Origin: the human T2T-CHM13v2.0 reference genome, Homo sapiens
DNA: 64,000 nt
Direction: 5' to 3' (one strand)
Assembly: GCF_009914755.1 (NCBI RefSeq)
Contig: NC_060925.1
Shown here: positions 50,064 to 64,000 of the stretch, one piece after another
Position numbering within the stretch: position 1 is the stretch's first letter
How the letters are laid out: the number at the start of each line of letters is the position of its first letter
Notes under the pieces: generated by a model
Databases searched by the model: none
What the model saw: the letters and a program-made list of their open reading frames with translations, nothing else
Told to the model about the DNA's origin: nothing
Made by a program: the position numbers and the translations under genes

Positions 50064-50990
50064 ATGAGCCTAATACATCCCTTCATTCTGTTAGGTCTGT
50101 TCAACCTTACCCTACTTTCTGCAACAGGGCTTTATGCACTCACCCCCACTACTTGGACTGTGCACCAAAAACTTGTCATCCCTACTATCTTCTGTCTAGT
50201 CATACTCCTATTCACCATTCTCAACTACTCATAAATGCTCTGCTTTTGTTTACACTGCTGGTTTACACTGTTTCTCCAAGCTATCACACCTGATATCTCC
50301 TGGTGCTATCGCCAAACTGCCACTCTTAACTCCCTCTTAGAGTGGATAGATGATCTTTGCTGGCAGGGCACCCTCCAGTACTTTCACCCTGATAAAGTCC
50401 TATTCCTTAGTTTTATACTCACTCTTATTCTCATTCCCGTTCTTATGCCACCCTCCACCTCTCCCCAGCTATCTCCACCACACTATCATTCTCACTCTTT
50501 CCTAGCCATTTCTAGTCCTTCTTTAACAAACAATTGCTTGTTTTGCATTTCTCTTTCCTCCAAAATCGCCGAGGCCCCAACTTACTCACTGCTTAAAAAA
50601 AAAAAAAAAAAAAAAAAAAGGGATATTCTCTATATTTTTAAATGAAGAGTGTTTTTTTTTTTTTATCTAAATCAATCTGGCCTGTATATGACAACATAAA
50701 AAAACTCAAGGATAGAGCCCAAAAACTCACCAGCCAAGCAAATAATTATGCTGAACCCCCTTGGACACTCTCTAATTGCATGTCCTGGGTCCTCCCAATT
50801 CTTAGTCCTTTAATATCTATTTTTCTTCTTCTTTTATTTGGACCTGTGTCTTCTGTTTAGCTTCTCAATTCATACAAAACCGCATCCAGGCCATTACCAA
50901 TCATTCTATATGACAAATGCTCCTTCTAACAACCCCACAATATTACCCCTTACCCCAAAATCTTTCTTCAGTTTAATCTCTCCCACTCTA
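50064..50990 (+). pseudogene. env: HERV-H env remnant (largely deleted)
   Basis: Lies between pol and the PPT; TM-like tail VYDNIKKLKDRAQKL...WVLPILSPLISIFLLLLFGP; many stops and a poly-A expansion at 50595. Confidence 0.75.
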
Positions 50991-51131
50991 TGTTCCCACG
51001 CCACCCCTAATCCCACTCAAAGCAGCCCTGAGAAACATCGCCCATTATCTCTCCATACCACCCCCCAAAATTTTTGCCACCCCAACATTTCATCATTTTG
51101 TTTTGTTTTTCTTAATATAAGAAGATAGGAA

Positions 51132-51518
51132 TATCAGGCCTCTGAGCCCAAGCTAAGCCATCATATCCCCTGTGACCTGCCTGTATACATCCAGATGGCC
51201 TGAAGCAACTGAAGATCCACAAACTAAGTGAAAATAGCTTTAACTGATGACATTCCACTATTGTGATTTGTTCCCACCCCACCCTAACGATACAATAGGT
51301 TCTTCCCTGCCCTTAAGAAGATACTTTGTAATATTCTCCCCCACCTTGAGAATGTACTTTGTACACCTATCCCAAACCTATAAGAACTAATGATAATCCC
51401 ACCATCCTTTGCTGACTCCTTTTTTGGACTCAGCCTGCCTGCACCCAGGTGAAATAAAACAGCCTTGTTGCTCACACAAAGCCTGTTTGGTGGTCTCTTC
51501 ACACGGACGTGTGTGACA
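51132..51518 (+). mobile_element. HERV-H 3' LTR (LTR7 family)
   Basis: Homologous to 44861-45249; terminal TG mutated to TA; ends GTGACA followed by the TSD. Confidence 0.93.
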
Positions 51519-51719
51519 GAGCCTTCCAGGACAGGCAAGACACCCCCCGGTTTGAGGGATTGAGGCTTCCAGGACAGGCAAGGCAAGACACCCCCTGGTT
51601 TGAGGGATTGAGCCTTCCGGAACAGGCAAGGAGAGACAGCCCTGGTTTGAGGGGTTGAGCCTTCTGCTAATTTCAAGGGTTGAACTTGACACAACCTCCC
51701 CAACCTTTCCTTTCTTCTC

Positions 51720-52320
51720 AGGGGAAGAGACAGTAGCTCCACTCCCACAGGTCCCTACCCTAGGGGAAGAGAGACACAGAGAGGAGAGAGGGAAAGAGAG
51801 GCAGAGAGAGACAGGGGAAAAGAGAGTAGCTCCACTCCCGCAGGTCCCTACCATAGGGGAAGAGAAAGAGACACAGGAGAGAGGGAAAGAGAGGCAGAGA
51901 GAGAGAGGGGGGAAAGAGAGGCAGAGAGAGAGGGGAAAGAGGCAGAGAGAGAGGGGAAAGAGAGGCAGAGGGGGGAAAGAGGCAGAGAGAGAGAGAGGGG
52001 AAAGAGAGGCAGAGGGGGGAAAGAGGCAGAGAGAGAGAGGGGAAAGGGAGGCAGAGGGGGGAAAGAGGCAGAGAGAGAGAGAGGGGAAAGAGAGGCAGAG
52101 GGGGGAAAGAGGCAGAGAGAGAGGGGAAAGAAGCAGAGAGAGAGGGGAAAGAGGCAGAGAGGGCAAAGAGAGGCAGAGAGAGAGGGGAAAGAGGCAGAGG
52201 GGGGAAAGAGGCAGAAAGGTGGGGGAAAGAAGCAGAGAGACAAAGAGGGAGTCAGAGCGAGAGAAAGAGAAAGTCAAAGAGAGAAAGAAAAAGAAAAATA
52301 GAAGTAGTAAAGAAAAAGTG
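51720..52320 (+). repeat. Polypurine (GAGGCAGAGAGAGAGGGGAAA-like) tandem tract within the HERV-IP10 internal region
   Basis: About 600 bp of nearly pure G/A; begins with two ~90-bp units containing AGTAGCTCCACTCCC..CAGGTCCCTACC. Confidence 0.92.
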
Positions 52321-52562
52321 TACCCTATTTCTTCAAAAGCCAGGGTAAATTTAAAACCTATAGTTGATGATTGAAGGTCTTCTTGACCCTATAACACTCC
52401 AATACCACCTCATTGTCAGTGTAAATAAGGGCGTAGCCTGAAAGCACTGAGGCCATTGACAATGCGTAGCCTTCCTATCAAAAATCCTTAACCCAAAGTG
52501 GCTGGGTGCGGTGGCTCATGCCTGTAATCCCAGCACTTTGGGAGGCCGAGGCGGGCAGATCA

Positions 52563-52850
<288 letters not shown>

Positions 52851-54459
52851 TTAACAGAATAAAGTAGAAAAATAACTTTTAGAGGAAACCTCATTGTGAG
52901 CACCTCACCAGTTCAGAACTATCATAAGTCAAAAAGCAAAAAGGTAGCTTACTAACTCAAAAATCTTAAAGTATAGGGCTATTCTGTTGGAAAAAGATGA
53001 TTTATCATTAACCACTGAAAATTCCCTTAACCCAGCAGGTTTCCTAACAGGGGATTTAAATCTTAATTACCATACAAAGGTCCGACCAGACCTAGGAGGA
53101 ACACCCTTCAGGGCGGGAAGATAGATGGTTCCTCCCTGGTGATTGAGGAGGGAAAAAAAACCACAATGGGTATTCAGTAATTGATAGGGAAACTCTAGTA
53201 GAGGCTGAGTTAGGAAAATTGCCTAATAACTGGTCTGCTCAAACATGGGAGCTGTTTGCATTCAGCCAAGCCTTAAAGTACTTACAGAACCAGGAAAGAA
53301 CCATCTATACCAATTCTAAGTTAATTTAGACTAAACAAGGTCTTATTAACAGCAAAGGATAATTGAAATCCCAAACTTAAAAGGTTTTCAACAAAAGTAA
53401 AGTTTGCTAACAGTTAACAGTGTAACGTGTATTATCCTAACTTCTAAACTTATGGCCTTAGGCAGTCTAGTCCACAGACATGAAGGAAGTTCGCATTAGA
53501 AAAGAATGGTTATCTTCAGGAAAATTAAAAAAGAAAAAGAAAAAAAGGGGGGGATAATTAATGTAAAAAGAATGTTATATGGTAAATTCTTGTTCTAAAA
53601 TAAATTAACTGGTTTTTTTTTTTTTAAAAAAAGATGTTTGCGACAAGTCAAAGTTGAGACATGTCGAAAAATTATCTGTAAAAGTCATGGGGGAAAAAAA
53701 GGTTATAAGAGGAAATTTATGCAAGAAATGTCATATAATTTAAAAGTAATTAGGCCTCCTAAATATAAAACTATTGAAGAAACAGTTTATGTGCAAGGTG
53801 TGTAAGGAAAGTAAAATATACTTTTGGTAAAAAGATTATAAGGAAGCATAAGAATATGAATTTTTACCTACATTAAAAGGTTAAAAAATATATTTTGTTT
53901 TAAAAGTTTAAGCAAGTTTTAAAACGTTAATTGTAAAGGAAATTCTGTGTGTAAACATATTAGCTAAAGTTAAAGAGGTATCCAGTTTTTCTGTGAACTG
54001 GACATTAAAATAAAAGCACAACAGGTTTTTTTAAAGCACTAATCTGCTCTTTAACAAAAATTATAAAAAAGGTTAAAAAGAGTCTATAAAAATCTTACCT
54101 TATGGTCAGACATTAAAAATTGGATAAATATGTCTACAAGGTTGTATTAAAATTAAGTTTAACATTAATAACACACTAATATAAAGGTAAAATTTAGCTT
54201 ATCTGGTATAAAATCATACAGAAAGCACTGTTAAATATAAAATGGTGTTTGGCTTTCTTTGGTCTAAAAACTAATAAAAATAGGTGCTAAAGGAAATTTC
54301 TCAGTAAGAAGGCACCAAAGACTACAAAAGCCACTGTTGATGTTCCCACATTTAAAACAAAAGGTCAATTTCTTAAAAATTATATGCTTGGTTTGTCTTC
54401 CACTTTCCTTTCCCTCAAAACTAAGTCTTTTAGCACGGGTACCACCCCTAGAATTTCCA

Positions 54460-54690
54460 GTAAACCAGCACCAGCCTGAAGATCACCTTCTCATCAAAGG
54501 GTGGAAAGAAGAAAAACTCGAGCCAGCCTGGGAAGGACCCTACCTTGTGCCGCTAACCACCAAGACTGCTGTTCACACAGTGAAAAAGGGATGGACTCAT
54601 CACACCCGAGTCAAAGCTCCACCCCCTCCAGAGTCGTGTGCCACAGTCCCAGGGGAAACCCCTACCAAACTGAAGCTAAAAAAAATATAA
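54460..54690 (+). pseudogene. pol: HERV-IP10 integrase C-terminal fragment
   Basis: HQPEDHLLIKGWKEEKLEPAWEGPYLVPLTTKTAVHTVKKGWTHHTRVK contains the gammaretroviral GPY/F motif. Confidence 0.8.
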
Positions 54691-56670
54691 CTCTTTCATC
54701 TATTCTATTATTCTTTCTTCTTTCCTTGCTCTATTGCTGACCATCTAGTTATTAACGTAACCGAGTCAATTTTGCCTCAAACTATTGCATTTAATGCTTG
54801 CCTTGTTATACCCTATGGGGACTTGCCAAGTCAAAAACAGCTCTCTACTTCAGAAAAGTACCTCTGTCCCTCCTGACTCTCCTCAGACTGGGCATTAGTA
54901 AATTGGAACCATTTAATCCGGGGAGATTTCAATAAAGACCCTAGTGTCAACCAGGAGTCTTGCCCCCGATGTAAAGCTTTTATGCCGTAGTTGGTCCAAT
55001 GTTCTGTGGACCACTAAAGAGCAAGGATAGACTGCCCCAATCAGTTTTTGTAATTTCCTAAAACCATGCATTCATTTCACTAAAGGGACAGCACCCCCTA
55101 ACTGTCAGCTAAAGCAGTGCAACCCTATACAGGCTATTTCAAGTCCCCAAAGTTCTCCCCTTTTCTAAGCCGGTTCCCTTCTTTAAGCCAGTTTTATGGT
55201 GTGGGGGCTGAGTTTTCAAGGACAGACCCTATTGGATTCTTTAAAATGCGTTTCTTTGATTCCCCTGCTGCCTGCACCTGCCTCTAAGCCTTCTTCCAAA
55301 ATCTCTCCCAACAGAACCATTGTTCCTCCTCCATCTAAAGACAAGACCAAGATAGCGATGGTAAAAGTTAAAGACTTAAAACAAACTTTGGCAATTGAGA
55401 CAGGATACCAAGATGTAAATGCCTGGTTGGAATGGATCAAATATTCCGTCCACGCGTTAAACAAAAGCAATTGTTATGCTTGTGCGCACGGCAGGCCAGA
55501 GGCCCAGATTGTCCCCTTTCAACTAAGGTAGTCCTCCAGTCGACCAGGCATACGCTGCATGGTAGCTCTTTTCCAGGATTCTACAGCCTGGAGTAATAAG
55601 TCATGCCAAGCTCTCTCTCTGCTATATCCCGAAATCTGGCACCCTGCAGGTCAGCCCCTAAGGGCCATCCAGCCTCCATCACCCAACACTAAGTTCGCTT
55701 CATGTCTCTCACGACAGGGAGGAAACTTAGCGTTCCTTGGAGACCTGAAAGAATGCAGTGAGGTTAAGAATTTTCAAGAGCTTATCAATCAGTCAGCCCT
55801 TGTTCATCCCGGCAGACGTGTCGTGATATTATGGTGGACCTTTACTGGACACTCTGCCAAATAACTGGAGTGGCACTCGTGCTTTAGTCCAGTTGGCTAT
55901 CCCTTTCACCCTGGCATTTCATCAACCAGAGGAAGGAAAAATAAGACATCGTAAAGTGAGAGAAGCCCCTTGTAGGTCTTTCAACTCTCACGTCCATTTA
56001 GACACAATTAAAGTCCCATGGGGAATACCAGATCAATTTAAAGCCCAAAATCAAATAGCTGCAGGATTTAAGTCAATATGTTGGTGGGTGACAATTAATA
56101 AAAATGTACATTGGATAAACTACATCTATTACAACCAACAGCGATTTATTAACTACACTAGAGATGCTGTTAAAGGAATAGCTGAGCAATTAGGGGCCAC
56201 TAGCCAGATGGGTTGGGAAAATAGGATAGCCCTAGACATGATATTAGCAGAAAGCGGAGGAGTTTGCATCATAATTAAAACTCAATGTTACACCTTCATC
56301 CAAAACAACACCGCCCCTAATAAAAGTATAACAAAAGGATTGCAAGGTCTGACTGCTCTGTCCAATGAGTTAGCCAGCAATTCAGGGGTAAATGACCTCT
56401 TTACAGGATGGCTAAAAAAAGGTACTTCGGTAAACGGAAAGGAATAATAGCCTCAATTCTTACTTCCCTCGCGTCCGTAATAGGGGTACTTATTCTTGAA
56501 GGGTGCTGTGTCATACCATGCATCCGTAATTAAATGCAGAGGCTCATAAAAATGGCACTTACTAAAACCTCCCTTAACTATCTTCCACCTTATCCAGAGA
56601 AGCTTCTTCTTTTAGAAAATCAAGCAAAACAACTAAGCCAAGACATGTTAAAAAAAAAAGTTTGAAAAGA
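54691..56670 (+). pseudogene. env: HERV-IP10 env, disrupted
   Basis: Fragments KDLKQTLAIETGYQDVNAWLEWIKYS, CYACAHGRPEAQIVPF (CXXC), furin-like RHRKVR, ISD-like WENRIALDMILAESGGVC and degenerate CX6CC; several frameshifts and stops. Confidence 0.87.
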
Positions 56671-56699
56671 AAGCTGTAAGGAAATACAAGGGGAGGGAT

Positions 56700-57172
56700 T
56701 GTTAGATATGAGTTCTAAATTTCTTTTCAAAAAATCGATATGTCAGTATGTTCAATTCTTTGCCTTCTACTTTTAAACTTCCTCATAAAGCAACCTTTTT
56801 CAATTACCTGCTCCACCCTGACTCATTCTGATCACCTGCTCCACCCTAACTCATTCCAATTATCTGCTACCTGCTCTGCCCTGACTCCCTCCAAAGCACT
56901 CACCCCGTCATTCTCTTTAAATTAGCCAATCGGAATTAGTTTAGCCTGTGCAGTCTAACCCTAGCCAATAGGGGAAGGACACAGCAGCAGGGGCCATGTG
57001 TGTCAGGAATAAGAACCCCTTCCCCTCCCTTGTCCAAGTGTGCACTCACCATTGTTCCATCTGTAAAGGCACACCGTTCTATAGAGAAGTAACTTGCCTT
57101 GCTGAGAATTAAAAAGAAAATTTTATATTTGAGTGCTATTTCTTTTGAGGCACCGAAACTTCATATATAACA
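56700..57172 (+). mobile_element. 3' LTR (LTR10F-like)
   Basis: About 90% identical to 43675-44174 by eye; preceded by the PPT and followed by TSD AGAT. Confidence 0.88.
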
Positions 57173-58041
57173 AGATTAACAACAATAATAAAATAGAACC
57201 ATTAACATACCAGCATCACTACTTTTGCGCTTTGGGGGCAATTATTAAGTAAAATAAGGCTGGAACACAAGCACTGCGATACCACGACTGTCAATCTGAT
57301 CACCTAAGATGGCTACAAAGTGACTAAAAGGCAGATAGCATTGACAACGTGAATACGCTGGACAAAGGGGTGACCCTTGAGTCCTGAGACTCAAAGACTT
57401 TGGTGTGCTGAGAGAAAGGGAGCACAACAGCTCAAGATTTCATCTGCTACTCAGAAAGGTGCACGACTTAAAACTTATGAGTTGTTTATTTCTGAAATTT
57501 TCTATTTTATGTATATGCATTTCTTTTTAATTAAGACAGTCTCACTCTGTCACCCAGGCTGGAGTGTAGTGGTAGTGGTGCAGCCTCCACCTTCTGGACT
57601 CAAGGTATTCTCCTACCTCAGCCTCCCAAGTAGCTGGGACTACAAGCATGCACTACCACACCTGGCTAATTTTTTTTTTTTTTTTTGTATTTTTGGTGGA
57701 GACAGGGCTTTGCCATGTTGCCCAGGCTGGTCTGGACCTCCTGAGTTCAAGCTATGTGTCCACCTCCGCCTCCCAAAGTGCTGGGATTGCAGGCTTGAGC
57801 CACTGCGCCCAGCCCTACATTTGATATTTTCAAACCACAGTTGACTACAAGTAACTGAAACCTTGGAAAGCACAAGCGTGGATAAGTGAGGACCACTAAA
57901 TCACCAGGACTTATTAGATGACTACACGTTTACCTATTATTCTTTCACTTAGAGGTCCTTAGGTTAACTGGATATACTCAGAAAATGGGAAAATAAAGAC
58001 ATTTCTAATCTCAAGAGAACTTTGCCAATGCATTTAAATAA

Positions 58042-58224
<183 letters not shown>

Positions 58225-58545
58225 TAGCTGGGATTACAGGCATGCGCCACCACGCCTAATTTTGTATTTTTAGTAGAGATAGGTTTTCTCCATGTTGGTC
58301 AGGCTGGTCTTGAACTCCTGACCTCAGGTGATCTGCCCGCCCTGGCCTCCCAAAGTGCTGGGATTACAGGTGTGAACCACCGCCCCCCACCCTCCCCGCC
58401 CTTTTTATATGTGTTTTAGATACGACGTCTCAGTATGTTGCCCAGGCTGGTCTCAAACTCTTGGCGTCCACCAACCCTTTCATCTCAGCCTTCCAAGTAG
58501 CTAGGATTACAGGTGTGAGTCATGGTACCTAATTTACATTTATTT

Positions 58546-58588
<43 letters not shown>

Positions 58589-58791
58589 TTTTTGAAACGG
58601 AGTCTTGCTCTGTCACCCAGGCTGGAGTGCAGTGTGGCGCGATCTCGGCTCTGCTCACTGCAAGCTCCGCCTCCCGGGTTCACGCCATTCTCCTGACTCA
58701 GCCTCCGGAGTACCTGGAACCACAGGCGCCCGCCACCACGCCCGGCTAATTTTTTTTGTATTTTTAGTAGAGACGGGGTTTCACCGTGTTA

Positions 58792-58884
<93 letters not shown>

Positions 58885-59058
58885 CTAATTTACTTTTATT
58901 TTTTAAAAACCCATAGAGCTGCAAATTTTACTCATTGAATTAATGGCAAATCTCTCCCATGACACATAATTGTCAAAGCCAGTCTTTATCAAACCATATT
59001 TCTTTCTGTCAAGAGTCTAACTTTATTTTCAATTCAAAATAACTTTATTATTATTTGA

Positions 59059-59360
<302 letters not shown>

Positions 59361-59717
59361 TGAGAATTCTAACAGCATCTGAATTCTAATTCTAACATGG
59401 ATACATGGATAAGGAAGGGAGCCTCGGCCATGAGCCTGTCTCCTGTTTGAAGTGGTTGCTGCAGACTCCACGGTTTCTTGTCATTCTGCCTTCGCTTCGG
59501 TCTTTCAGGCTCTCCCTTGGCAGCAACACATCTGAGTCAAGAGCCAGCCTTTGGAAGAGGTCAAGTCATAAAATTAAAATTGTCATCACTCTCGCCGTCT
59601 GAATTCAGAATAACCCAATGTGGGTCAAAATATCCCAATTCTAAAGCTGGATTTCACACTTAACAGAATATCCACACGTGAGGAAAAGACAGAACGCTCT
59701 CCTGCTGCCCACCATAG

Positions 59718-60023
<306 letters not shown>

Positions 60024-62353
60024 TAGTAGAGACAGGGTTTCACCATGTTGTTCAGGCTGGTCTCGAACTCTTGACCTCACGTGATCTGCCCACCTCGGCC
60101 GCCCAAAGTGCTGGGATTACAGGCGTGAACCACCGCACCTGGTCAGAAGTTTGTCTTTGTATAGCAAAGTGGAAGAACAAACAATGGGATGGGGAAGTAG
60201 ATCTGTGTTGAAAAGAACACATATGTTAGTGGAGAATTTGGAAACTGATGCCCTTTGAACTTTTCTGTGTGCGTATGTGTCGCCTGGAAGGGTCACGCTG
60301 CCTTCCCGCTCGGAAGACTGCTGCCCTACTCTGTTGACTTTTATTTTTTCTCAGAACATTCAGCATAACCTCTCCTTACCTTTTTTATTTCTGCTCCTAT
60401 CATCTCTCTCCCACACAGAATGCAAGAGGCTCAGAAACCAGGACCTGGATGCCTTGTTCCCTGCTTTGTCCATGGAGTCTAGGACACTGCCTGGCATACA
60501 GCTGATACTCAATAGATAGTAGTCAAACAAAAGAACAAGTAATCGGTGTGGTAGCTCCCTGCTGTTGGTGCCAGTAATAAATACGTGATCAGGCTCCTTG
60601 GCTCTGCTAAAGAAAACAGTTAAATATCTCCAGTAACATCTTCCAGAAACCCCTTCATGCCTCTCGCCCATCTCCAGAAACCCTAAACAGGCTGCTCCCA
60701 TGCAAGGAGAGTTCCGCCCTCTCCAACGCCCAATTCCCCCCTCGCTAAAGGCAGCTTCGAGGCAGGGGCTCTGGAAATCGGATGCTAACACAAAAACTGT
60801 TTTCTTCCAACTTTATTAACTTTTAAGCCTTTTCCTGTTTTCCTGTCATGGCCAAACCCACCTCTTGGCAGCCACTGAAGTCTGAATATTTGAATTAGAT
60901 TCCCGAACAGTGATTAAAACAGATTCGGGACCTCAACAAGACGTTCCAAAATACCAACAAGATCCAGACTATTCCAAAGGGATTGCACCCATTGGAGGGA
61001 GGCAGGGTGGGGGCTCACCCGAGGGCCTCATGGCCTCATCTCTGCAGGGGCACCGTCTGCGCCGGGGAGAGAATTCCAGGCTGGGACGGCATGAGGCTTG
61101 TGGCAGTGGTGGTTTGCTGTCATCACCTCAGCTGGCAGGATGAAGGGAGAAGTTGCTCTCATGAAGCCTCCAGCAGAGAGAGGCTCCTGGTTAGGTGTTA
61201 TCAGGGACGCGCGGAGACCTTACCACCATCATTTTCACAAGCCCAGTTTCCACCCAGGGAAACTGAGCGAAAGAAAGGCTGGGACTGGGATCTGCAAGGC
61301 CACCACCCTTCCAGAGGGCAGGAAGGTAAATACCAGCCTCCCTCCTGCCTTCCCAGACTGTCCCTGCGTGACTTCCCCATCTCCCACACTGAAACACATT
61401 CATTCAGATTGTTTTCCAAGCAGGGTACTGAGTCTTCATAATCAAGGGCTCTCTGAACACACCAATGAAAGGAGCTTTCTGTGTGTATTGGTCTGAATTA
61501 TAAAAAACATCAACCTCCCCAGTGCTTGCCTGTCCATTAAAACTGAGTATTTATCTTAAAAAAAAACAACAACAAAAAACTCACTCCGACTCTATGCTCC
61601 CAACCCATTAAAGACCTTGATGACCATCAGAGATACCTGATTCAAATCTGATGCATAGGTCCAGCCAATTTTTTCTTTTGGCTTGGGGGATGGGTACTTT
61701 GTAAATAAGCAATGTGTTGTTATGAAGAAAAATTACCAATGGTCTGAGTTCTTTTTTTGCGTTTCTTTGGTGTAGCATGGAGCCCAGCATCAGATGTGGA
61801 GTAAATAAAATGGGGCGTCTCGCCTTCCCTGCAAAGGTCACGTTCACCCCCTTGACCAGGTCGGTGCTCTTGGTTCTCCTGGAGTGTGTGGTGCTCACTC
61901 TGTACACACAGCCACGTCCAGCAGTGGGGCCCAAGGCTTCCTTGGGATGACAAACAACACAGAAGCCTGCTGATCTGCAGAGTTGAATGTTTTCCTTTCT
62001 GTTTCATGCAAAAGCCCCATGCTTTTAATAGACCAGTGGAAAACTAAACGTCGCACCTTATTCCTTGTCCTGAGATGCCGCAGGGCCCTGCCTCAGCCAC
62101 AGAAGATGCAATTGGTGAAGACTCAACCTTTCCCTACCAAGTGAGTGGGTAGAGCTGCCCACTGAGGGGTCGACCACATGTGACGTCTGTCAGATAAGAG
62201 GACAGAGAGAGGGTGACTGGCTCAAGCCAGATTCAGGAGACATCACAGCCAGCAAATCCTGTTTGAGCAAACTGAAGTATGCAATGGATGGGATGGATGC
62301 AGTGGCTCAAGCCTGTAATCCCAGCACTTTGGGAGGCCAAGGTGGGCGGATCA

Positions 62354-62656
<303 letters not shown>

Positions 62657-63564
62657 TTACTCCTTGGCAGTATCCAAGAATCAAGTACCCATGGTACCTC
62701 ATCAAAACATCCTCCTGGGAAAGGGAGAGAACCCCATACACGTCGAGGTCTGTGAGACGGACTGTGCTAAGTGTGTGTCCGACTGTGCTAAGTGTGTGTC
62801 CTCCCGAGGTGTACTGGCAGCCTAAAAGGCATCCTTAGCCATCAGTGAGTTTGCAAGGGGGAGGGGAAATGTACTGAGATTTGGGGAGGTGCTGGCAGGG
62901 CTCTCCCAGCAGCCCCCAAAAACACAGAAGTCACTTACTTGTTTCGTCTTTGGCTGATTGTACATTACATGTCATTGACTCCACCTCCAGCCTCAGGCTG
63001 GGCTGAGGTTCTTTCATGGTGAGGGTCTTCCGGTGGGCTAAGGAAAATTACAAGCTTGACTTTCACAAGTATTTATGGAGCAGTGGTAGAGGCAGAGGCC
63101 AGAGAGAGACAGAGAGAGAGATAGCTCTCAAAGCTAAGCTCCTGGCTTTGGGAGCTTAGGATATCATCAAAGGGGGCAGAGATAAAGCATAGCTGGGAAC
63201 ACATTGGGCTCAATCCTTTAACTACAGTGGGGTGGCATGAGACAGCCCTATTGCTGGGAGGAGATCCAGCTCCGCAGGGGTACAGGGCAGGGGCCTTCAA
63301 ATGGTAGATGCACACAGATTTCCCCAGAAGAATGCCAGCAAGGATGGGTCCAAGGGGATCAATTTCCAATGCCTCAATGTTCCTAAGTTTTCTTCTATTT
63401 TATAATTTTTTATTTTGTAGAGACAGGGTCTTGCTATGTTGCCCAAGTTGGTCTTGAACTCCTGGCCTCAAGCAATACTCTTGCCTTGGCCTCCCAAAAT
63501 GCTGGGATTACAGGCATGAACCACTGCCCTGGCTCCTAAGTTTTCTTTTCTTTTTTTTTTTTGA

Positions 63565-63723
<159 letters not shown>

Positions 63724-64000
63724 TAGTAGAGATGGGGTTTCTCCATGTTGGTCAGGCTGGTCTCAAACTCCCGACCTCAGGTGATCTGCCTGCCTTGGCC
63801 TCCCAAAGTGCTGGGATTACAGGCATGAGACACCACACACGGCCCTGGCTCCTAAGTTTTCTACTGAAACTTCTGGGAAAATGTAGCACCTTCCCAATAA
63901 TCCAACCCCAATTTACAAAAAAACAAACAAAAAAAGCAGATTCTTATCCATCCCATATCTTCTTATGGAGCATTTCCTGGGGTGAAAAAAATCTCTTTAG

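Larger units (their letters stand above)
44861..51518 (+). mobile_element. HERV-H-like provirus (type II / LTR7B-like LTRs, Phe-type PBS), internally deleted
   Basis: LTRs begin TGTCAGGCCTCTGAGCCCAAGCTAAGCC (44861-45249; 51132-51518); TSD GAGC (44857-44860, 51519-51522); PBS 45252-45270; gag, pro, pol and env remnants; PPT AAGAAGATAGGAA. Confidence 0.95.
44733..51665 (+). repeat. ~42-bp tandem repeat in the HERV-IP10 leader (GAGCCTTCCAGGACAGGCAAGACACCCCTGGTTTGAGGGGTT), split 3+3 by HERV-H
   Basis: Three units at 44733-44860 and three at 51519-51665; phase is continuous across the GAGC TSD. Confidence 0.9.

Noticed and set aside
51387-52374. Long ORFs of 296, 239 and 131 aa (S/L/P-rich or R/E/G-rich)
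   Set aside because: They are translations of the GA-rich tract, which lacks stop codons because of its composition.

Overview
Primate (human-like) genomic DNA with no intact protein-coding gene recognisable; the ORF track is almost entirely Alu, ERV or low-complexity noise. About 50 Alu/FLAM copies lie among MIR, L2, old L1, MLT/MST/MER31 LTR and MER DNA-transposon relics. Main landmarks: (1) a processed BRWD1 pseudogene (38938-41961, 15-bp TSD) copied from the short, intron-terminated isoform ending ...TAKG(T/N)LI*; (2) a nested stack at 42845-57898, in which a MER44 DNA transposon is split by MER2 and by an LTR10F/HERVIP10-type provirus (43675-57172, TSD AGAT), itself split by a HERV-H-like provirus with a tRNA-Phe-type PBS (44861-51518, TSD GAGC); (3) a near-perfect 10 x 32-bp minisatellite (6018-6336) built from the 3' arm of a 23-bp pre-miRNA-shaped hairpin; (4) a chimeric inverted-plus-direct local duplication at 12.1-14.3 kb; (5) a candidate TATA/ETS/CRE promoter and first exon near 25 kb. 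I cannot demonstrate a new biological system from sequence alone; the hairpin-seeded array is the most unexplained structure. Repeat family names are from recalled consensus sequences, not from a database search.
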